Origin: Eledone cirrhosa
Taxonomy: Eukaryota
Direction of reading: 5' to 3'
NCBI GenBank assembly: GCA_964016885.1
Contig: OZ024742.1
Location: 138,198,001-138,262,000, forward strand
Length of the DNA stretch: 64,000 nucleotides
Both the position numbers and the translations under genes were made by a program. This document shows positions 52,754 to 64,000 of the stretch, piece after piece. The first letter of the stretch is position 1; every line of letters starts with the position of its first letter. The notes under the pieces are model-generated. The model made no database searches, was not told the origin of the DNA, and worked only from the letters and a program-made list of their open reading frames with translations.

Positions 52754-52871
<118 letters not shown>

Positions 52872-53059
52872 ATATATTTGAAAAAAAAGGTAATAATGTC
52901 TTCACTGGTGGTTGATGTTCTTTAACAATACAAATCTTTCAAATAAGTCGTTATTGATGTTAGTTTTGGTAAGTCTTGGAACTCTCTGGAGAACTTTCTC
53001 GCATGCGGTGCGATTTTCAAACTGATCTTTTGAGTTATGTTTAAGATATATACATATAT

Positions 53060-53430
53060 ATATATATCAATGATATTAATAAATGGAAACTATATTTATA
53101 AATCCATATTCATGTTATTATATATATATTTCCAGGGTACCAAAAAACCTTTGGTACTCTCTCATCAGATAAAATATAAATTGTTTTTTTTAAATAGTGG
53201 CATACCCGATGAACCAGGCCTTATCGGTTCAGGTTCCATTTGGATAGGTGAGAGAGTTCCAAAATTTTTTTGGTACCCTTGAAATATTTATAATAAAATA
53301 AATATGGTTTTATGAATATAGTTTCCATTTATTAATATCATTGATATTATACCCCAGGAAAATCTGGTAGTGTGCTTCGAATCTGTTATAATAAATACAT
53401 TTGTTGAATTACCAGCAAATTAAATATCTC
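53060..53430. mobile_element. Palindromic AT-rich PLE-type element; hammerhead on the minus arm at ~53110-53176
   Basis: TTTTAT-CTGATGA-GAGAGTACCAAA..TTTGGTACCCTG-GAAA-TATATA; same family as 20398-20606 and ~32190-32295. Confidence 0.72.
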
Positions 53431-53619
53431 TGAGAGAGAGAGAGAGATAGAGAGAGAGAGAAAGAGAAGAAGAAGATTGGAGGTCTGAGGGTCTGGAAGT
53501 AGAGTGGTGTAAGAGTGTATGTATAGATGAAACTTTGTAATAAAAATAGAATAAAATTAAATTAAAATTAAAATGTCTTTGTCATTTTTTTAAATGATAG
53601 GGAAATGAAAATAGAGTGA

Positions 53620-54240
53620 GTATGATATTGAGAATGTTGTTGTGATGGTCAGATAGAGATTACCTAAGTGACATCGGGGACTAAAGTGATAGAGTTGAAA
53701 AAGCAATAAAACTGTTGTGTATTTTACAAATAAGGTATATTTTTAATGATAGCTGAGGTTGGTAAGTGATGGCACCTTATTGTAATGGATGCAAGACCAA
53801 AAGGAAGTTAATGAGATAAGTGTATTTCTATTTTATATTGTTGAAACAAAAACTGTAAAAAGGTGGGTAGGTGTTAAGGGTATAATAACAAACGAGTAGT
53901 GAGAATCATGAACATTTAGAGGGAGAGGTAAACGTGTGAGAATGTCTGAACAATTTAGGTGTAAACCAAAATAGGGCATATGTCAATTTTTTATGATAGT
54001 GAAGTGAAAACGGTGATGGTGTGAAAATAATATTGGGGATTTTGTTGTGATGGTCAAATAGAAATAACCTAAGTGACATTGGGAATTAAAGTGATAACGT
54101 TGAGACAGCAATAACATATTTGTATGATTTACAAATGTTTTATGAGAGGCAAGGTTGATTAAACCTTGTTGCAGTGGATACAAGACTAAAAGAAAGTTAA
54201 CGATAAGTTATATTTGAAAAAACTATAAAGCGTTGTGTGT
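53620..54240. repeat. Diverged ~400-bp tandem duplication
   Basis: TTGTTGTGATGGTCA.ATAGA.AT.ACCTAAGTGACAT at 53636 and 54042. Confidence 0.7.
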
Positions 54241-55658
54241 TGGGGATTAGGGGTTTACTTATAAATGAGAGGAGGGTATCATGATGGAAATTTGGAAGGA
54301 AAGGTGAAAACACACACACACATCAACTCACATCGACAACCCCTTACACACATATACACATATCCACACGTAAACACAACACACTCGCACATACATCCAT
54401 ACACGTACACATACATACGGATACACACGCACACAAATATGATATATTAATACACTTATCATTAACTTTCATAGAGAATTATACATTTTCCATAGCAAGA
54501 ATTTGTTATTCTCGCTCCACACAATGACATAATTCTCCTTGCATACATTTCACTCATCTCAAGAGAATGTCCCCACGCACTACCGTTATGTCTTCCTGTT
54601 TTCTAAAGGCAATATTTAATCGTATTTTTTTAAATTGAAAATCTAGCTCTGCGTCTACAGATTATGTCATAAATATAGATAAAAGTAAAATTATTTTAAC
54701 CATATTACACCATAAACAGCTTAATGATTATAAAGTTGAAAAAGAATTGCAGTATTTCATTTGTACAAAATATATTTATATATAATGTGTTAAAAGATAT
54801 CATTGCAAGCAAAGAATACATTAATAATAATTTTATTTACAAACTGCGGTTTCGTACGACTAAGAAAAAAATAACAATTAACATAATTATTTTGGTTAAT
54901 TAGTAAATTAGGTCATTACACATCAGTAAGCATGAAAAAACATACTTAAAGCTTTTTCAAGAGAATTCAAATAAATTATCTTGTGTTAGTTTACAACATC
55001 TAGACAACAAACTCCCTCACAGCAAAACAAGACACGCTTATATTATAAACACCGCGTGATTTTAGCATCAAATTAGTAGGTATGGCGTTAAAAAGTTACA
55101 GTTCATGAGGTAGTTTGAAATAGGTCACATATAATGTATAATAAACTCAGATTGTAAAAGGTCCTATTTTTCTCTTTGTACAATATTTGATAGGCTTGTA
55201 GTACATTTGATTACATATTTCTTCCTGGATTGTCAAGGACTTAGACTGATTAAGCTGAACATCTCAACTCATACGTATGTGTATAGATGTATGCATCTAT
55301 ATTTGTTTGTACGTATGTAATTATGTATATATGTAACCTAATCGTGTATGTTTACATTTATGTGTGCAGGCATATATACAGCCAACTTTATATATATTGG
55401 ATAAAATAGAAATTTTATTAAATATATATAATGTTCTAACAGAGGAAATATATTCAAGAAAAAATGTTCTCGTTATGTGAATGGTGTATTTCAAGCTAAA
55501 AAGTGACATTAGCGAAATATTCCTAAGAATTGTATGAATCTTGAAGCTAACATTTCTAATCATGGTGGTTATAAGCTAAATGCTCCACCGCGTCCATTTC
55601 CCAACCGCCATTTCTCAATGTTCATATTTATATGTATGTGTATATGTGTGTGTGTATG

Positions 55659-55717
<59 letters not shown>

Positions 55718-55798
55718 ATATATATATGTGTGTGTGTATATATATATGTATATATGTATATATATATGCATATGTATATATATATATATGTATGCATG

Positions 55799-55829
<31 letters not shown>

Positions 55830-56343
55830 GGTGGCTGCCAACTCGTTTTCGAGTACGGCCACTACTTTATATCCATGTAGGAGAACCCCTACCGATGCGC
55901 TGAACGAGTGTGACTTTTTAGTCCAGCCAGCGACTTGAAAACTCTGGTACAAACACTACACTTGTGACAATTATTGACACATAGTGCTGGGCCCATGGTA
56001 CCATGTGACGACAAGTGCAGAGAGATCTCTAGATATAAAGCAATGCCTGTGCCGTGAAGCTTTTATAGTGAGCAAAGGCACTGCACAAAGCCAGTCCCAC
56101 TCTCTTAACCAAGATGATCTTTACCAAAAAGAAGAACAAGTCAACATAATTGGATACCATCAGGGTTGCAGGCACCTCCCAATCCATTTCGGTAATCAAC
56201 CTCTCACTCTCTCTTTATATATATAAATATATTGTTCATAGCATAGTCAGTATCTTATTCACCGTAGCAGTTTACGTCCCTTATGATTTTCACGTATATA
56301 TGTATGTATCTCTGTTAGTCTCTCTTTATTATATATATATGTA

Positions 56344-56441
<98 letters not shown>

Positions 56442-56956
56442 AGGTCACCAGTTGGTGCTACTGGTAACATGTATCCCAGTACAACCTGTCTCATGGTCGG
56501 GTCGTTGGAGACTAAATTGGCAACCCCACCAAGAGTTTTCCTTCTCCTAGAATTCTGCCTTGAGTGTGTATATGCGGTGATTTTGGATGGCCATTTACTC
56601 TTAAGAGCTCATTTGCCCTTTGACAGGTTTTTGTATTTAGTCCTGCAGGATGTCCAAAGTCACCCTCCTCACCAAGAAACCTTGGTGTGGTTGCCAGTTT
56701 AGTCTCCAACGACCCGACCATGAGACAGATTGTACTGGGATACATGTTACCAGTAGCACCAACTGGTGACATGACATACATATATATATATATGTATACA
56801 TACATAGATATATGTATATATATATGTAGATATATGTATAGATATATGTATACATATATATATATATGTATACATACATAGATATATGTATATATATATG
56901 TAGATATATGTATAGATATATGTAGATATATGTATAGATATATGTATATATATATG

Positions 56957-57026
<70 letters not shown>

Positions 57027-57470
57027 TACATATATATGTATGTATGTGTAAGTGTGTATATGCGCGTGAGTGAGTGTGTCTGCGTACGTGCGATTTATGT
57101 GGACGGGGGATTGAGTAAGTTATGTATAAAGCGTATGTGTATATTTATCTGTGTACAAAAAAAAAAAAGCATGAAATTGAAATTCATAAACTACAGAAAT
57201 AAATTAAATATGCTAGCTTTATCTTTTTTTACATTCTATGAAATTGTCATTTTGCTGTTGTAAATATAGATTTCGGTCTACGGATGCAGCTATTAATATT
57301 CCACAAAGCTACCAACTGCCGGACCAGAGGAAAATTGAATTACTACAAAATTTGAATATCAATTCATGTTTTGTTCTTCCTCTATCTATGAAATCCTGGT
57401 TTACTTGCCTGCTTGCTTTTATAATAGTTGATGTTGCTTATGATTATGTTGTCATCATTTTTTTCTTTAG

Positions 57471-57503
<33 letters not shown>

Positions 57504-57581
57504 GATAGATAGATATATGTATATGTATGTGTATTTGTGTGTTGCATGTGTGTGTGTGGGTATAGTATATATATATATATA

Positions 57582-57762
57582 TAGGAACGAGTAGGACCCC
57601 GACGGCTGAGCTCAAGCCGTTTCGACGGCTAATTCTAGTCCAGAATTAGCCGTCGAAACGGCTTGAGCTCAGCCGTCGGGGTCCTATTACCCACTCTACT
57701 ACCCTAAGTATTGAGTACTTTGGTGCGTTATGGTCCACCTGGTTCCTTACCACATTTCCTTC

Positions 57763-57766
<4 letters not shown>
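57582..57766 (+). mobile_element. Family Z palindromic element; other copies at 58931-59080, 51830-51890, 25131-25170 and 20635-20810
   Basis: GAAACGGCT-TGAGCTC-AGCCGTC perfect stem III; (TA)n flanks. Confidence 0.85.
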
Positions 57767-57831
<65 letters not shown>

Positions 57832-58867
57832 AGATAGATAGATATAGATGTAGATATATGTGCGTATGTAGGTGAGTGTGTGCACGGAACTGGGATTGTA
57901 TGCGTTTATACATGTGTTTTAATGAGATCAGGTATGTATGTGTTCATAAGTGTTTAGAGATATGTACGCTGTTCGTTTTTCGCTTTTTTGTATTTTTGTT
58001 TTTTGCCATATGTGTTTAGGGAATTATGGAATATTTATTTACATTGCTATTCTGTATGTCTCAGTATATATGATTATCTCATTATATGCGGGTATGTTTA
58101 CGTGTGTATGTGTGTTTGTTTTCTTGTCTTTGAGATGCAGGGGAGGATTTTGGCCATCTTTCGATTCTTTGTATCAACTGTACAAGATTTTCCTTAATTT
58201 ATGTATATATGCACATATGTATGTATATGTGTCTGCATAAATGTGTGTATCAATCTATCATATAGTTATCTATTTCTTTTAAACACCCCTATCTCTTTCT
58301 TTCTCCCTGTCTTACTCCCTCTTCCTCTCTCTCTCGCTCTCTCTCTCCCAATATATATATATAATATATATATATATATAATATATAATATATAATATAT
58401 AATATATATATAATAAAGAGAGACTAACAGAGATACATACATATATACGTGTAAATCATAAGGGACCTAAACCGCTATGGTGAATAAGATACTGACAATG
58501 CTATGAACAATATATTTATATAAAGAAAGAGAGAGTGAGAAATGGATTGGGAGGTGCCTACAGTTAAAGAAAGTACTCAACACGTTGGTAGAGTATAAGC
58601 TGCTTCATTTTTTATAGAAATGACTTTTATGGGATTATAACTGTTTCATTCGTATGAAATCACTAATAATATTATGATGATTTCATATGATTGGAATATG
58701 AGATTTTGATATTTGCGTGTATGTTTACACACAATTCTAGGTTAAATATGTAACCGGTACCTAAAGATATATGAATTCTCTACCAGTAAATTATTCAAAC
58801 TTGTTTTCTAGGAACATTTACTCAACAACTAAATATTTATTTGACACACAGACGTTCCCACTCACCC

Positions 58868-58932
<65 letters not shown>

Positions 58933-60319
58933 CGAAGGAAATGTGGTAAGGAACCAGGTGGACCATAACGTACCAAAGTACTTAATACTTAGGGTAGTAG
59001 AGTAGGTAATAGGAACGAGTAGGACCCCGACGGCTGAGCTCAAGCCGTTTCGACGGCTAATTCTGTCCTACTCGTTCCTATATATATAGACCCCTTCTTC
59101 CCCCCGTTAGACCTGTGCGAAATTCCTTCCTTGCTCACATTTCAACCAGGTTTGATGGTCATTATTCTCTCGTTCACGATTTCACCGAATTTAAATTCAT
59201 AGAAATCTGGGACTTGTCTCTTTCTTCATCACTTTCTGTTGCTTAAACCATTTTGTTTGTTTACCTTCGCGTCCCCTTTATTTACGTGTCCCAACGACTT
59301 TTTTTAGCCGTTGCTCGCACCAACCGGAGGTATATGGTCTTTAAAGCGATGAAATGCCTATGATGGTTGGAAGATCACTGATGAAGGACAAACTTTTTCA
59401 TATGTAACCCATTTGCAACGCCGCAGCTCCATTATTATCATATTTACATATATATATATATAGGTGAAGTCATACTGCTATATTGATTATTACCGCCAAC
59501 GCCAGCCAGTTAGCCGCGGCTGCTGTCATTTTCTGACCGACTAGCAGTTGAAGTCACACGTGGGATACCGGCACCAACTTGAAAATGTTGTAGTAAGGTC
59601 GGTTTTCGGAAACCCTTCATAGGATTGCTGATCAATGAGAATTTCCTTGTCCGGTATTTGCTGGTTATATATTTATTATTAATCGATGACCAGCGGATTT
59701 GAAGCAATACTGAACCAGCTTAGACCTGGATGTTTGTACTCCGGCGGATTTTTGTGTGGTAAAATAGCCTGTTTCAATTGATGAAATTCTGAGTACTTTA
59801 ATGTTTTCATATGTTAATCTGTTGATTGAATAATTACAATATTTTCATAGCTTGGGTTTCTACCTGAGAATGTTTTATTATCTTATGCGTATGTATGCTC
59901 CAAATGAATTTGTGGAACAAATTCTAAACTATAGCATCGAAATCACTGGATAATTCTAAACCCTTATTATAATATGTATATTCGTCTGTGCTTATAAATA
60001 CACACCCGTTCATATGTGTACATTTATAAATATATTTATTTATACAATTATACTTTATTGGTTGTAATTTAACAGTTGATACTGCAGCGACGAATTTTCC
60101 TTCGAAATGTCTTAGTAAATTTCATAAGAGTTTGCTAAGAATATTTGATACTTTCCTCATACTTAACTAAGCTCGTATTGAACACTTTTGCAATTATGTA
60201 TATATATATGTGTGTATGTATATATGTATATGTGTGTGTGTGGTGTGTGTGGTGTGGGGGTGGGGGTGCGGGGGTGCGCGCGCGTGTGTGTGTGTGTGTG
60301 AGTGTTTTAAGGAATGCTT

Positions 60320-61030
60320 AGATGATAAATTTATAACCCTCACTATGTACTCCTCCTATGTAGATGACATAAACATCGTAGTGAAAACACCCCAAAGGAG
60401 AACAGTCAGGAATTAGAGAAGAACACCACGGAAAGCATCCAAAAAATAGTTAACTTCATTCGCATTATGCCAAGCACATGACCTTCAAGTACCTGATCCA
60501 CCGTAAATCAGCTGTTTCAGATAACATGAAAATCAATATACTGATTGCGGATTTAATAAGAGTGATGTGCAATCTTAAAGAATTATAGAGGCACATACAA
60601 CACTTCATCCACCGCATACAGTTCTTTGGCTACAATCAGAGAGACAAGATCAGGGTATATAAAGGGACCAGGAGCAAATAGGCAAAGATTGTAGAAAATG
60701 ATGCAAATGGGACTTGCCCCATGTAGAGGAACAAATATTGGAATAAAATAGAAAGGATTAAGGAAAAGACAAATAAAATCAACTCATGTTATGATAGCAA
60801 TAATTACCAGAGTGTAATGTTAGTCAATCCAACCTCCAGAGGCGAATTAGCTTACAGATTTAGAAGAGCTCTAGACAAGGTAAAATTGAATATTAAGATA
60901 GTTGAAAGACCAGGTATTTCCATAAAAACGCTAATTAGTAAAAGTTATCCGTTTCAAGATGGTTTAGTACAGAACAGGGGCGAAACACAAAATAAAAACC
61001 AGTCACTGAGGAGGTCACAGAATGTGTGAC
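60320..61030 (+). pseudogene. Penelope-like element relic (RT motif C to thumb/linker); clade uncertain
   Basis: YSSYVDDINI, YLIHRKSA, VNPTSRGELA..IKIVERPGISIKTLISKSYPF. Confidence 0.65.
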
Positions 61031-62647
61031 AAAAGAGCTTTGACAATATATAAACAACCATCCGGTTACCGAACCCACCAACCAGCCAAACGGAAATTTA
61101 TAATAAATTAAAATGAAAACCAACAGGTGCGTGTGTTTTTATTGGCAGAATGACCCTCCCAAAGTATAACAATATCTGTTTCAACACACGTATGCAGAGA
61201 AGAAATCTGGCAAAACAAATTCAAAAACGAAATATATATCGATGCCTTCGTCCATATTATAAACATTCTTGTTAAAGATATTGTTTATATGATATAGAAA
61301 TAGATTCTGTTGTTCTGTGAATGATGAAATACGAAAATAAAAATATGAACCTCATGAGAACATTGATATATGTTTCTTGAAATGTTTAATTTGGTTGTTT
61401 AATTTTATATTCTCTCTCGTCTTTGTTTTTGAAATTACCATTTTATAGAAAGATTCATTCCAATTCTCCTCTGCAATCATTCTTAAATTTCGTTGATGTT
61501 TCATTATTATTTTCTAATATTATTATAATTTTAATTATTATTTCTTTTTTGGTACCTCTTTACGTTTTCAAGTCATGCAAGAGAAAGGTTTTAACATCTT
61601 CGCAGAATGCTGAAAGATTTATTTTAATTTCATTCCGTGTCTTTGTTATAATTTTTTATTGCTGGTGTTTGGGCTTACTTAAAATTCTACCGCCATATTT
61701 TTTAGCATTAATTACCACTTATAACCAATTCAGTGTTCAGTGTTACCAATTAAACCACACGATCATTCATTTATCGCAGCATCGAAACACACTTGCAAGG
61801 AATATATTTTAAATGTCTCACAAAGTTGGTTTAATAACTTATGCACTGCATGTTTCTCATGAGAAAAATGAATGCATATATGTATGAATGTCCGTGTGTA
61901 TTAGTATGTGTGTATGTATGTGCATTTAAATGTATGCATAATAATCAATGATGAAATATGTTTTATATGAATATAAATTAATATACACATTCTATATATT
62001 AGACACATAAAATTATATGAATGTGTATACAAAAGTTATATATACTAGGACAAATATATATTACTGGCTGATATTCTACGAGTTTCTGTGACTAAGTAAG
62101 AACAGGTTCTAACACGATGTAACATAATAAGGAACGGGTATATATTCCAATGATAACAGGGTTGCCACCTAGATAGCCATTAATTATTGAAACCTCATTC
62201 AATATGATCTTTGCCCATCTCTCGTTTATTAGTTTCATAACTTTTTTCTTTCAGCTTCTAGATATTATAGTATACACCCGATCCGGTGTGAAGAATTCTG
62301 ACCTTAAATATATAATGTCTACCATTATACCATGCTGAATATAACTGCTTAGGCTGGCTTCATAGAAAATTCATTGCGATGTTATTCAAGACGAGAAATG
62401 TGGTGTACTTAGTATCAAACAGTTGGATCCTGCTTTGCTCTCATGAAATAACCATCGGCTCAATCAAATAGTTATGTAAGCTTAAGTAGATAGTGTGCTA
62501 CTGCAATGTTCATTCATTCTTAAGAGCCAAATTTATCAAAAGTAACAGAATGTATAACGGTCAGAAAATGTATGGTGGTTACATTTCATAAACATGCCGA
62601 TTTTGTATATTCCTATCTATGAGATATGTGTTTGTATAAAACACACT

Positions 62648-62832
<185 letters not shown>

Positions 62833-62903
62833 CATATAGAAAGGAGTTAGCCGAACGAGGATATACGAAATGTACATTACGGATTGTTATTGATATACGC
62901 ACA

Positions 62904-63035
<132 letters not shown>

Positions 63036-63049
63036 ATAGAAAACGACAA

Positions 63050-63373
63050 ATCAGTGATGCAGCTGAACTCAATTTATTGTGTGTTACAATTATTTCGCCG
63101 GCGGACAGTTCGAGACGTGATCATTGTGTGGATCTGTCAGAGTGAGAGAATATGCTCTGAAATGATTAGACGTGTCCGTCGAACCTGCGGGTCCAGAATC
63201 AGACAGATCCACGCAATGATCGCGAATCTAGCTGTCCGGCGGCGAAACAATTGTAACACACAATAAATTGATTTCAGATGCATCTGATTTTTCGTTTTCT
63301 ATACTATCATACTCTGCTCTGTAAGAGCATACATTGCTCAACCGGCATACCGCCTATGGAAGCATCTTAGCTA

Positions 63374-63380
<7 letters not shown>
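63050..63380. mobile_element. Diverged palindromic element with a hammerhead 3' half; relative at 46387-46635
   Basis: GAAAC-AATT-GTA-ACACAC-AATAAA at 63244-63267, mirrored at ~63070-63097. Confidence 0.65.
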
Positions 63381-63435
<55 letters not shown>

Positions 63436-63480
63436 TATATATACATATATATATATACAGTATATTTATATATAATACTG

Positions 63481-64000
<520 letters not shown>

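Noticed and set aside
59378-59400. Hammerhead (CTGATGAAGGAC)
   Set aside because: No downstream GAAA or stem III; a truncated remnant at best

Overview
Gene-free, transposon-saturated eukaryotic DNA. The tRNA-derived SINE family and extreme (TA)n/(CA)n/(GATA)n density suggest an octopod or other cephalopod genome, but this is inferred. No host gene could be supported. Contents: three Tx1/L1-clade LINE copies with intact 5' ends plus four 3' fragments, nested in (AAT)n and (GATA)n; Dong/R4-type RLE retrotransposons in (AAT)n, one with a 1030-aa open RT-CCHC-RLE frame; an RTE-like LINE with a twin-priming-type inversion; Penelope-like (PLE) RT relics; a Chapaev3-like DNA transposon relic; SINEs; a 70-bp minisatellite; and many (TA)n-embedded palindromic elements carrying whole or half hammerhead ribozymes. 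Two signals stand out. (1) All three divergent Tx1 copies share a spliceosomal-looking architecture: a 5' ATG mini-exon ending in a phase-2 GTAAG donor, a second phase-2 GTAAGT donor overlapping the ORF1 stop, and a pyrimidine-tract/AG acceptor in phase 2 at the ORF2 N-terminus. One copy has no ORF2 ATG. This suggests ORF2 is expressed by splicing. (2) Several unrelated small families form palindromes centred on hammerhead stem II, and a ~600-bp tandem array carries a U3-A8 variant hammerhead. All calls were made by eye and coordinates of degenerate element ends are approximate.
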